A stretch of 64,000 nucleotides of DNA from Deferrisomatales bacterium (GTDB taxonomy: Bacteria; Desulfobacterota; Deferrisomatia; Deferrisomatales; JACRMM01): assembly GCA_033551855.1 (NCBI GenBank), contig JAWSUI010000004.1:32001-96000 (forward strand), written 5' to 3'. This document shows, piece by piece, positions 19,238-28,123 of the stretch (position 1 is the stretch's first letter; each line of letters opens with the position of its first letter). Below the pieces are notes generated by a model that saw nothing but the letters and a program-made list of their open reading frames with translations, did no database searches and was not told the DNA's origin. Made by a program: the position numbers and the translations under genes.

Positions 19238-21418
19238 TCAGGGTCCGATGTCTCCGCGCCCTTCCCGGCGGATCGCCGCCGCGATTCCGGCGGCCCGCTC
19301 CCGACCGGGCCATGCCTCGAGCGGTACCGCGACGCGCCGGCGCCAGTTGGGGTGCTCGTCGAGGGTTCCGGGGAGGTTCTGCATCTCCCGCTCGCCGAGG
19401 AGGTCGTCCAGGTTCGCCACGAACAGGGCCGAGGGTGCGCGCGCCAGGTAGGCGTGCACGGCCGCGGCCAGGTCGTCGAGGCGGGTCTCGGGCACCTCGT
19501 GGGCGGGCTCGAGACCCGGGGGAAGCAGGTCCTCCTCCCGCAGGGCCTCCAGGAGACGGAGGCGGTCCCACCGCCGGGCCTCTGCGTCGCCCGCCTGGGC
19601 CTCGGGGGAGGGGTACTGCCCCAGGGTGGATTTGACCTCCAGGTCCCGCCCCAGCCAGAAGCCGTCCACCGTCGGCAGGTCGTGGGTGGCCACCGAGACG
19701 AGTGCCTGGCGCGGGTATTCCGCCGGCTGGCGGAACCGGCCGTCCCCGTGCTTCTCGAAGACGAGGAGTCGATACCCGTAGAAGCCCGACGTCTCGAGGA
19801 CCTGCCGCACCTCGGGGGGCACGGTCCCCAGGTCCTCCCCCACCACGAGGCACCGGTGGTCGTTCCCCAGGCACCGCAGCACCGCCAGGAGCTCGTCGGC
19901 CCGGTCGGTGACGTAGGCTCCCCGGCTGGCCGGCAGCCCGCCGGGGATCCAGAACAGCCGCCACAGGGCCAGCACGTGGTCGATGCGCAGCGCCTCCCCC
20001 CGCCTGGCGTTGTGGGCGAGGGTGTCGCGGAAGAAGGCCCACCCCGTCCGCCTGTGCCGCTCCGGGACCGCGGGGGGGACTCCCCAGCTTTGCCCCAGCA
20101 GGCTGAAGGGGTCGGGAGGGGCCCCGGCCGAAGCCCCGAGGGCCAGTACGTCCTGGTAGACCCAGGCGTCCGCGCCGCAGGGGTCCACCCCCAGGGCAAG
20201 GTCCAGGTACAGCCCCAGGGCCATCCCGAGCTCCTGCGCTCGGGCCCGGCACCGGGCGAGCTGTGTCTCGGCGACCCACTGGAGCCAGGCGTGGAATCCC
20301 ACCGCCTCCTGGGCTTCGCCGGCGAAGGCGCGCACCGCCGGGGAGCCGGGCCGGCGGAACCCCTCGGGCCACTCGGTCCACGGAAGGGTCGTCCCCTTCG
20401 GGGTGGCCAAGTGCTCCCGGAGGGCGCAGAACACGGCGAAGTCTTCGAGCGCCCGGCCCTGGGCAGCCCGCCAGGCGGCGAAGGCGGCTCTGCGACCCAC
20501 CGCTTCCCCCTCCTGGAACTCGCGGTAGCACACCTCCAGGGCGCGGCGCTTGAGGAGCCAAGCGCCGCGATGGTCCACCAGCGGGGAGGCGCGGAGCCGG
20601 GCGAGCTCCGCTTGGACCCCGTCCGACTCCAGGAGCTCCTGCACGGGGGGAAGCCGGGCCTCGGGCAGGCAGTCCACGGCGACGTGGAGGGGGTTGAGCC
20701 ACAGGCGGCTGGAGGGGTAGTACGGGCTCACCCCGTGCGGCGGTTCGTTGAAGAGGGCGTGGAGCGGCAGCAGCCCCACGAGGTCGGCCCCGAGACCGGC
20801 TGCCCACTCGACGGCGCGGGCCAGGTCCTCGAAGTCGCCGACCCCCCAGTTCCTCGCCGAGCGCACTCCGTAGAGGGGAAGGCTCACCCCCCAGAGGCGT
20901 CCTCCCCGTGCCAGGGCGGGGGGCTCGTAGCCCCTGGCCGGGGCCACCACGCACAGCAGCCGCGCGGTCTCCCGGGCGCACGGGCTCGCCAGGTCGAGCT
21001 CCAGGTCGTGGAGGCCGGCCGGCAGGGGTGATGCGGGTTCCAGGAGCAGGGTGAGCCGGCCCGGCCACCCGGGAGCCGGCTCGGTCCCCGTGCGCCGGAG
21101 CGGGACGACGCGGCCCCCGAGGCGAGCGGACGCCTGCCAGCTCTCCTCCCCGGACGGCACGGTCACCCGGAGCACCTGGGGCGCCTCCTCCCGCAACACG
21201 GCCACCGGTTCCGCCGCACACCGGGATGGGGCCGTCTCCCGCAGGGCCAGCTCGCCCTCCAGGGCCTCGGCGCCCGCAACGTCGAGACCCATGGCGCGAA
21301 GCACCGCCCGCAGGGTGTCGGGGTCGGCCCGGTGGTACCGGCCCCAGATGTCGTGGTAGCCCGGAAGGACTCCACAGACCTCGGCCAGACGGACGAGGAG
21401 GGCCTCCTCCCGGTCCAT
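19238..21418 (-). CDS. malQ: 4-alpha-glucanotransferase (amylomaltase)
   Basis: NWGVGDF, SPY, LYLDLALG, GAPPD.F...GQ.WG, LRIDH, GEDLG, THDLPT, NLPGT...NWR. Confidence 0.95.
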   Translation of the reverse strand: MDREEALLVRLAEVCGVLPGYHDIWGRYHRADPDTLRAVLRAMGLDVAGAEALEGELALRETAPSRCAAEPVAVLREEAPQVLRVTVPSGEESWQASARLGGRVVPLRRTGTEPAPGWPGRLTLLLEPASPLPAGLHDLELDLASPCARETARLLCVVAPARGYEPPALARGGRLWGVSLPLYGVRSARNWGVGDFEDLARAVEWAAGLGADLVGLLPLHALFNEPPHGVSPYYPSSRLWLNPLHVAVDCLPEARLPPVQELLESDGVQAELARLRASPLVDHRGAWLLKRRALEVCYREFQEGEAVGRRAAFAAWRAAQGRALEDFAVFCALREHLATPKGTTLPWTEWPEGFRRPGSPAVRAFAGEAQEAVGFHAWLQWVAETQLARCRARAQELGMALGLYLDLALGVDPCGADAWVYQDVLALGASAGAPPDPFSLLGQSWGVPPAVPERHRRTGWAFFRDTLAHNARRGEALRIDHVLALWRLFWIPGGLPASRGAYVTDRADELLAVLRCLGNDHRCLVVGEDLGTVPPEVRQVLETSGFYGYRLLVFEKHGDGRFRQPAEYPRQALVSVATHDLPTVDGFWLGRDLEVKSTLGQYPSPEAQAGDAEARRWDRLRLLEALREEDLLPPGLEPAHEVPETRLDDLAAAVHAYLARAPSALFVANLDDLLGEREMQNLPGTLDEHPNWRRRVAVPLEAWPGRERAAGIAAAIRREGRGDIGP

Positions 21419-21849
21419 CACGCTGCGAAGACCAGCTTCATGCCGAAGGCGCGACACCCGTCGAGCTCGGCGTCCTGCACCCCCTGGCGGGCCCGGAGGG
21501 GCTCGGCCACCATTCGCATCCCGCACTCCCTCTCCAGACGGAGGGCCACGATGTGGGGCCCCTCCCCGCTCCAGCCGTAGGACCCGAAGGCCGCCGCGAG
21601 CTTGCCCCGGACGCCGCTGGCAGCGAGCCGCTCGAGAAACGACGTGATCTCGGGCACCTCTTTGGCTTCCTGGGTCGGGGTCCCCACGGCCAGCGCGTCG
21701 TAGGAGTCGAGCACGGACGGGTCGGGGAGGTCCTCCGCCCGGAAGAGGTCCGCCTCTCCGCCCATGGCGCGCACGCCCTCGCCGATGGTCCGGGCCATCC
21801 TTTCCGTCTCCCCCGTCCGGGTGCTGTACACCACCGCCACCTTTCTCAT
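21418..21849 (-). CDS. Flavodoxin domain protein
   Basis: VYSTRTGETE, VGTPT, AAFGSYGWSGE. Confidence 0.9.
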   Translation of the reverse strand: MRKVAVVYSTRTGETERMARTIGEGVRAMGGEADLFRAEDLPDPSVLDSYDALAVGTPTQEAKEVPEITSFLERLAASGVRGKLAAAFGSYGWSGEGPHIVALRLERECGMRMVAEPLRARQGVQDAELDGCRAFGMKLVFAA

Positions 21850-23057
21850 GGTTCCCTCCCTCCGTGCACGCCCGCCGCCCCACTCCCGCCGAGCCACGCC
21901 TGAACCATGAAGGACGCGACGGTGCCTTCCCCGACGGCGGCCGTGATCTGTTTGGCGCTGCCCGCCCGCACGTCGCCTGCGGCGTACACCCTCGGCAACG
22001 AGGTGGCCAGGGTGACCGGGTCCGTGCGGACGAATCCCGTCTCGTCCAGGTCCAGGGCGCCGGCCAGGAAGCGGCTGTTGGGCACCAGCCCGATAAACAC
22101 GAACACACCGTCGCACGGGATCTCTCGGTGCTCCCCCGACGAGAGGTCCGTCACCTCCACCGCCTCGACCCCCTCTTCACCGAGGATCCGGGTCACCCGC
22201 TGGGACAGGAGGACCTCCACCGGGTCCAGGCCTCCGACCCGCTCCTGGAGGACGGCGCTGGCCGTGAGGCGGTCCAGGACCTGCACCAGGGTGATGCGGG
22301 CGGCGAACTCGGCGAGGTGAACCGTCTCCTGGAGGGCGGAGTTGCCCCCACCCACGACCACCACGTGCTTTCCCCGGAAGAAGGGTGCGTCACAGGTGGC
22401 GCAGAAGCTGACCCCCCGTCCGATGAGCCGGTCCTCCCCGGGAACCCCGATCCGGCGGTAGACCGAGCCCGTCGCCACGATGACCCCGCGGGCCCGGTGG
22501 GTTACCCCGTTGGACTCCACCTCCAGGAGCCCACCCCCCGGGCGCAGGGCGGAGACCTCCTCGAAGGTGCGCACCTCCGCGCCGAAGCGCTGCGCCTGCC
22601 GGAGGATGCGTTCGGTGAGCTCGGCCCCGGATACCGGGTCGGGGAAGCCGGGGTAGTTCTCGATCTGCCCGGTCACGGCGGCCTGCCCCCCGGGCAGCCC
22701 CCTCTCGAGCACGAGGGTACGCAGGCGCTCCCGGGCAGTGTAGATGGCGGCCGTGAGGCCGGCCGGCCCCCCGCCCACGATGATCACGTCGAAGAGGTCC
22801 AGGGCCTCCGGAACGGGAACTCCCAGGGCCTCTGCCAGCTCCGCGTCGGAGGGGTCTGACAGGAACCGCCCGTCCACCTCCACGGCGGGCACGTCCAGGC
22901 TGCCCTCCCCGGCGGCGCGCAGGCGCTCGGCTCCCGCAACGTCCTCCTCGGGATCCACCTCCCGATACGCCCGCCCTGCCGCCTGGAGGAATCGCCGCAC
23001 CCGGTGACACTTCGGGCACCAGGGCACCACATAGAGGACCGCCGGGTCCTTCCCCAT
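21846..23057 (-). CDS. trxB: Thioredoxin-disulfide reductase with N-terminal glutaredoxin-like domain
   Basis: N-terminal WCPKC...VP; GGGPAG, ENYPG, CATCD, GGGNSA, AAGD. Confidence 0.9.
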   Translation of the reverse strand: MGKDPAVLYVVPWCPKCHRVRRFLQAAGRAYREVDPEEDVAGAERLRAAGEGSLDVPAVEVDGRFLSDPSDAELAEALGVPVPEALDLFDVIIVGGGPAGLTAAIYTARERLRTLVLERGLPGGQAAVTGQIENYPGFPDPVSGAELTERILRQAQRFGAEVRTFEEVSALRPGGGLLEVESNGVTHRARGVIVATGSVYRRIGVPGEDRLIGRGVSFCATCDAPFFRGKHVVVVGGGNSALQETVHLAEFAARITLVQVLDRLTASAVLQERVGGLDPVEVLLSQRVTRILGEEGVEAVEVTDLSSGEHREIPCDGVFVFIGLVPNSRFLAGALDLDETGFVRTDPVTLATSLPRVYAAGDVRAGSAKQITAAVGEGTVASFMVQAWLGGSGAAGVHGGREP

Positions 23058-23277
23058 CGCTTTCCTTCCGGCTGCGCACGGTCCTCAAGCTACCAGATCG
23101 CCGGGCCTGCGAAAACCCCGGTCCCGGGCTTCGAGCGCCCGCACCCGGGGGCGTCCCCAAGACGCGCGCCGATGGGGCGGCCGCCGCCGGCGCCCGGGAT
23201 TTCCTGGGTTGACAGGGAAAGCTCTTGTGGCAACCTCCCCAAAACAGGTCCAAATGGGAGCCGGGAGGTGGGAGACG

Positions 23278-24351
23278 ATGGAGAACACGCATCCGGTGCG
23301 GTTCGCGGTGATCGCGGTCTTCTTGGTGCTGGGGGCGGTCGCAGCCCTGGCGTCCGCCCGCCAGGGGGGCGAGGACTACCCTGGGGGGCGGTTCCTGGCC
23401 ACGGGGACGTGGCTGCGGGCGCACCTGAACGACCCGAATCTGGTCGTGGTCGATGTGCGTACCGACCGGGACTTCGACGGCCGCGCCATCCCGGGCGCGG
23501 TTCGGATGCCCTGGACGCTCTTCCGCTACGACGACCCGTCGCGTGGCCACGGGGACATCTTCGTGGGCACCGTGCGGGCCCAGGAGATCCTGGGGGCGCA
23601 CGGCATCGCCCGCACGGACACCGTGGTGCTGTACGACACGGCAAAGAAGGACGGCGGGGCGCTCTCGTCCTATGTCTTCTGGGTCCTCGATCTCCTGGGC
23701 CACCGGGAGATGAAGGTCTTGGAGCGGGGCCTCGACGGGTGGCTCGCGGCGGGGGGCGAGACGGCCCCCGAGCCGCGTACCCCCGAGCCGCTTCTCTATC
23801 AGGCACCGGCCACCGAGATTCGACGGAGCCGCATGGTGGACGCGGCGTTCGTGCAGGCGCGGCTCGGCGATCCCTACTACCAGATCCTGGACGTGCGTTC
23901 CCGGGAGGAGTACCTGGGCGAGCGACCCAGTGAGGGTCTCGGCGGGGAGCCCCTGCGCCTGGGGCACATCCCCACGGCGGTCAACGTGGATTACCGGCTC
24001 CACTGGGCCGATTCCGAGACCAAGGCCCTCATGAGCTACGGGGAGCTCCAGGAGCTGTACCGGGGCCTCGACCCCTCGAAGACCGTCATCACCTACTGCC
24101 ATTCGGGCCGCCGCGCGTCGTTCAGCTACTTCGTGCTCCGACTCATGGGGCTCGAGGACGTGGCCATGTACGAGGCGTCGTGGTTCGAGTGGGGGAACCC
24201 CCGGACCTTTTTCCCCATCGAGCTCGAGGAGCGCGTCCTGAGCGGAGAGCGCCCGGGAACACCCCTTCGGAAAGCCGAGGCCGGCCGGTCCGCCCCGCCC
24301 CGGCCCGAGGCCGCCCCCGTCCGGGGCGGGTACGTCTCGTGCGGCGGGTGA
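23278..24351 (+). CDS. Exported tandem rhodanese/sulfurtransferase with C-terminal ...GGYVSCGG tail
   Basis: Signal peptide (VIAVFLVLGAVAALASA); DVR..., LDVRS.EEY, GHIPTA, YCHSGRRA, YEASW.EW. Confidence 0.9.
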   Translation: MENTHPVRFAVIAVFLVLGAVAALASARQGGEDYPGGRFLATGTWLRAHLNDPNLVVVDVRTDRDFDGRAIPGAVRMPWTLFRYDDPSRGHGDIFVGTVRAQEILGAHGIARTDTVVLYDTAKKDGGALSSYVFWVLDLLGHREMKVLERGLDGWLAAGGETAPEPRTPEPLLYQAPATEIRRSRMVDAAFVQARLGDPYYQILDVRSREEYLGERPSEGLGGEPLRLGHIPTAVNVDYRLHWADSETKALMSYGELQELYRGLDPSKTVITYCHSGRRASFSYFVLRLMGLEDVAMYEASWFEWGNPRTFFPIELEERVLSGERPGTPLRKAEAGRSAPPRPEAAPVRGGYVSCGG

Positions 24352-24359
24352 GGAGAGCC

Positions 24360-24902
24360 ATGCACACGCCACGGCCTGACAACGTGTACTGGGGGTGGGT
24401 GCCTTCGGCCTTTGCCCTGGCCGGGATCGTCCTGTTCGTCTTCGCCACCTTCGGGCCACCTGCGTCGTCGAGTGGGTTCGTCACGTCCTTGAAGGGCGCG
24501 CTGTCCCAACTCGCCCCGGACTACGCCGAGTCTCACGAGCACTACCGCATGATGCCCGGCCCGGGATCGTGGCTCATGGCCTTCGTCCTCGGCATGGCCA
24601 TGGGCGGGTTCGTCGGGGGCCGAACGCTTCGAAAGCCGATGCGTGACGTGCCGGTCCTCTGGGAGAGGCGCTTCGGGCAGGACCGGGGAGGCCGGGTGAA
24701 GCGGTACCTGGCGTGTTTTGCCGGGGGGTTCCTGATCCTCTTCGGCGCCCGCCTGGCGGGCGGCTGCACCCTGGGGCTCTTCATCTCCGGTTCCACCCAG
24801 CTCGCCGTGAGCGGGCTGTACTTCGGGGTGGTGATCTTCGCCGTGGCCATGCTGGTCGCGCGCCTCGTCTACGGGAGGACGGTCCGGGAGGTGTCGAGAT
24901 GA
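24360..24902 (+). CDS. YeeE/YedE family (thiosulfate/sulfur transporter) protein
   Basis: Hydrophobic; GGFLILFGARLAGGCTLG motif. Confidence 0.88.
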   Translation: MHTPRPDNVYWGWVPSAFALAGIVLFVFATFGPPASSSGFVTSLKGALSQLAPDYAESHEHYRMMPGPGSWLMAFVLGMAMGGFVGGRTLRKPMRDVPVLWERRFGQDRGGRVKRYLACFAGGFLILFGARLAGGCTLGLFISGSTQLAVSGLYFGVVIFAVAMLVARLVYGRTVREVSR

Positions 24903-25438
24903 CGCAGGTCTGGCTGGGACTCTTCTCGGGACTCGCGTTCGGGTTCGTGATCCAACGGGCGGGGGCCACCGATCCGGATCAGATGGCCCGCGGACACCTG
25001 ATGCTCGACGGCCGTCTGCCGCGGTTCATGGTGCTGGCCGTGGCTCTGGCGGCGGTGGGCCTCCTGGGCCTCCAGTCGGCCGGCGTGGGGCGCACGATGG
25101 TCCTGCCCGTGAGCCTGGTGGCCACCGGCCTGGGGGCCGTGATCTTCGGGGTCGGTTGGGGCCTTTCCGGGTACTGCCCCGGCACCTGCTGGGCCGCCGC
25201 CGGCGAAGGGCGGATGGACGCACTCTTCGCCCTCCTGGGGGGCTTTGCCGGGACCGCGGTGTTTGCCCACTTCCACGAGGTGCTGGTGCCGGCCCTGTAC
25301 CTGCCCACGAGCCTCGGTCCCCTCACCCTGGCCGACTGGCTGGGGTCTCCAGCCCTCGCCACGGGCGTTCTGGCGGTGGGATTCGGCCTGTGTGCCTGGC
25401 TGATGGGCTATGTCTGGGGCCGCGGTGAGGAGGGCTGA
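24899..25438 (+). CDS. YeeE/YedE family protein (second half-transporter)
   Basis: GLAFGFVIQR...IFGVGWGLSGYCPG. Confidence 0.88.
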   Translation: MTQVWLGLFSGLAFGFVIQRAGATDPDQMARGHLMLDGRLPRFMVLAVALAAVGLLGLQSAGVGRTMVLPVSLVATGLGAVIFGVGWGLSGYCPGTCWAAAGEGRMDALFALLGGFAGTAVFAHFHEVLVPALYLPTSLGPLTLADWLGSPALATGVLAVGFGLCAWLMGYVWGRGEEG

Positions 25439-26045
25439 CGCAGCCCTCGGCGCCGCTTTGCTGGTTTGTGCGTTCGGCGTCAGCCTGGCGGCGGGGTGCT
25501 CGCGGGAACCGGGAGAGGTGCCCGTCTCCGTGCCCCGGGGTTACGTTCCCCGGCTCGAGCTCTCCTTCGAGGGGCACCAGTACGGCTTCGGGCCCTTCGT
25601 GGGGTACTACTTCCGGCCGGACGAACCAGCCGATCTCACCCGCCTGCGCTTCGTCTGCTACAACGAGCGGGGCTTCTACGCGTCGGATGCCCCCGTGAAC
25701 GCCCTGCTCTACGAGGGGGAGGCGGTGCTGGCGCGGCTGCCCGAGGGGCCCCAGGCGTTGCTCCGGGGCCCCGGGGACCGGATCGAGCCCCTGTTCTTCG
25801 ATGAGGCGCCCCCGGAATGGCTCGCCACTCGGCCGGAGCCCCAGGAGGAGTTCGTGCACTTCCACTCGGCCTACGACGCCGTCGGCCCGGCCCTGGTGGG
25901 GTACTGGCTCCGCCACGTCGCGGTGAGGGGATTCACCTATGACATGGGGGGGCGCGTGGGTCCGGGGGGGCCCTTGTACCATGCGGTGCCGCCGGGGCCG
26001 GACCTGGAGTTCCCCCGCATCATCGAGTTCGACCGGGGGCCGTGA
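25410..26045 (+). CDS. Hypothetical lipoprotein (start possibly GTG 25425)
   Basis: Hydrophobic N-terminus with LAAGC lipobox; EFVHFH, GYWLRH, LYH; overlaps upstream YeeE gene. Confidence 0.72.
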   Translation: MSGAAVRRADAALGAALLVCAFGVSLAAGCSREPGEVPVSVPRGYVPRLELSFEGHQYGFGPFVGYYFRPDEPADLTRLRFVCYNERGFYASDAPVNALLYEGEAVLARLPEGPQALLRGPGDRIEPLFFDEAPPEWLATRPEPQEEFVHFHSAYDAVGPALVGYWLRHVAVRGFTYDMGGRVGPGGPLYHAVPPGPDLEFPRIIEFDRGP

Positions 26046-26086
26046 ACCCCGCCCCGTTCTTCTCCGAGACGGGGGGTCCAGGTTGG

Positions 26087-26171
26087 TCACGATCCGCCAC
26101 CAGGTGTTCGGGCGGGGCCGGGGAGCGGAGGGGCTCCCCGGCCCCGGCACGTGTCAGGCGATGGATCCCGG
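26087..26171 (-). repeat. Family A element, internally deleted copy
   Basis: Both ends present (gatccgccacc... / ...cacgtgtcaggcgatggatcccgg), centre missing. Confidence 0.72.
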
Positions 26172-26223
26172 CGCACCTTGCCTCTTGCGCCGGTGACCCG
26201 TCTCCAGGACACTGGCCGCGCCC

Positions 26224-28035
26224 ATGACTGCCCAGACCCTCCTCACCTTCGGTATCCTGGCGGCCGCCATCGTTCTCTTTCTGAGCGAACGGGTCCGGGC
26301 CGATCTGGTGGCCCTGTGGGTGGTGGCCGCCCTCGGGCTCACCGGTGTCCTGAGCCCCCAGCAGGCCTTTTCCGGTTTCGGCAGCCCGGCCGTGGCCATC
26401 ATCGTCTCCATCTTCGTGCTTGCCGAGGGGCTGCGGGTCACGGGCCTCACGGATCGGGTCGGCGCGCTTCTTCTCCGCCTCGGGGGACGGGGCGAGGGCC
26501 GGCTCGCCTCGGCGGTCATGCTCTCGGGGGCGTTCCTCGCCCTGTTCATGAACAACACTGCCGCCGCTTCGCTCCTCCTCCCCGCCGCCACCAGCGCGGG
26601 ACGGTGGGCAGGCGTCTCGGTCTCGCGGCTGCTCATGCCCCTGGCGTTCGCCACGATTCTCGGGGGCACGGCGACCCTTCTCACGACCAGCAACGTGGTG
26701 GTGAGCGACATCCTGCGGGAGCGGGGCTACCGGGGGTACGGGCTCCTGGACTTCCTCGCCGTGGGCTTGCCCCTGGTAGCCGTGGGCGTGGCCTACATGG
26801 CGGTGCTCGGGGTGCGGCTGCTGCCCCGGCACTCCCCGGGCGAGGCCGAGCGGACCGGACCGCAGGGGGACTTGCTGCAGGTCTACCGCCTTGGCGAGCG
26901 GCTGTTCCGCGTCCGCGTCGAGCCGGGTTCCTCCCTTGACGGCAAGTCCCTGGCCGCGTGCAGCTTTCGGGAGCTCTGCGGGGCCACCGTCGTGGCCGTG
27001 GAACGAGGCGGTCGCGTATCCCTCTCCCCGGAGCCGGGGGAGGTGCTCCGAGGGGGCGATGTCCTTCTCCTGGAGGGGAAGCAGGAGGAGCTCGAGCAGA
27101 TGGACGGCGAGCATTGCCTCCTCTCCCTGGAGGCGGCCGCACCCCCGGCGGAACACCTGGAGTCCTCGACCGTGGCGGTGGTGGAGGCCGTGCTCTCCCC
27201 CCGGTCCGCCCTGATCGGCCAGACCCTGGCGGGGGCACACTTCCGGGAGAAGTACGGCATGACCGTGCTGGCCCTCTGGCGGGCGGGCAAGCCCACCCGC
27301 ACCGGCCTCCGGGACCTGGAGCTGCGCTTCGGCGACGCCCTCCTGCTCCAGGGCCCCCGGGAGCGGATCCCGGTGCTGCGGTCGGACCCGGACCTGATCC
27401 TCCTGGAATCGGGGGTGGCCGAGCCCCGCAGGCCCGAGAAGGCCCCCCTGGCCCTGCTGATCATGGGCGCGACGCTGCTCTGCCTGCTCCTGGGGTGGCC
27501 GTCACCGGCCCTGGCGGTGTTGGCCGGGGCCCTGTGCATGATCCTGGCGCGGGTCCTCCCGGCCGACCTGGCGTACCAGGCCATCGAGTGGCGCGTGATC
27601 TTCCTGATGGCGGGGATGTTGCCGATCTCCACGGCCATGGTGGAGAGCGGCGCTGCACAATTGTTGGCGGAGGGGATCGTGCGGGGTCTCGGGGGCGCCG
27701 GCCCCCTGGCAGTGGCAATGGGGGCGTTCGGCCTGTCGGCCCTCCTAGTGCAGACCATGAGCGGGGTTGCGGTGGCGGCGGTGGTGGCCCCCGTGGCCAT
27801 CCTCGCGGCGGACACCCTGGGGCTGGACCCTCGGGCGATGGGCATGGCGGTGGTCCTGGGAAGCTCCATGGCCTTCGTGACTCCCCTCGGCCACCCGGTC
27901 AACCTCCTGGTCATGGGCCCCGGAGGCTATCGGTTTCGTGACTTCCTCAAGGTGGGGCTCCCCCTGACCCTGCTGCTGTTCGCCGTGGTGGCGGCCCTGC
28001 TGCCCGTCGTCTGGCCCCTGCGCGGGGCACCTTGA
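26224..28035 (+). CDS. SLC13/CitMHS family permease with two TrkA-C (RCK_C) domains
   Basis: FMNNT, LMPLAFATILGGTATLLTTSN, TrkA-C repeats, TPLGHPVNLLV..PGGYRFRDF.KVG. Confidence 0.92.
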   Translation: MTAQTLLTFGILAAAIVLFLSERVRADLVALWVVAALGLTGVLSPQQAFSGFGSPAVAIIVSIFVLAEGLRVTGLTDRVGALLLRLGGRGEGRLASAVMLSGAFLALFMNNTAAASLLLPAATSAGRWAGVSVSRLLMPLAFATILGGTATLLTTSNVVVSDILRERGYRGYGLLDFLAVGLPLVAVGVAYMAVLGVRLLPRHSPGEAERTGPQGDLLQVYRLGERLFRVRVEPGSSLDGKSLAACSFRELCGATVVAVERGGRVSLSPEPGEVLRGGDVLLLEGKQEELEQMDGEHCLLSLEAAAPPAEHLESSTVAVVEAVLSPRSALIGQTLAGAHFREKYGMTVLALWRAGKPTRTGLRDLELRFGDALLLQGPRERIPVLRSDPDLILLESGVAEPRRPEKAPLALLIMGATLLCLLLGWPSPALAVLAGALCMILARVLPADLAYQAIEWRVIFLMAGMLPISTAMVESGAAQLLAEGIVRGLGGAGPLAVAMGAFGLSALLVQTMSGVAVAAVVAPVAILAADTLGLDPRAMGMAVVLGSSMAFVTPLGHPVNLLVMGPGGYRFRDFLKVGLPLTLLLFAVVAALLPVVWPLRGAP

Positions 28036-28045
28036 CCGACACGGG

Positions 28046-28092
28046 CCGGGGGCTCCCCGACCCCGAGCACGTTCCAAGTGGTGAATCCAGGT
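28046..28092 (-). repeat. Family A element, terminal fragment
   Basis: gggggctccccgaccccgagcacgt...ggtgaatccagg resembles the end of the 56401-56605 copy. Confidence 0.5.
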
Positions 28093-28123
28093 TCATCCCT
28101 CGGGTTGACCCCGGGTCAGCACC

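Noticed and set aside
18498..21221. Many long overlapping Arg/Pro/Gly-rich ORFs (this one and similar across the window)
   Set aside because: Alternative-frame artefacts of high GC overlapping well-supported genes
24340..24360. TGA after ...SCGG in the rhodanese as a selenocysteine codon
   Set aside because: It is immediately followed by the RBS and ATG of the next gene, with no evident SECIS or protein-like continuation; treated as a stop
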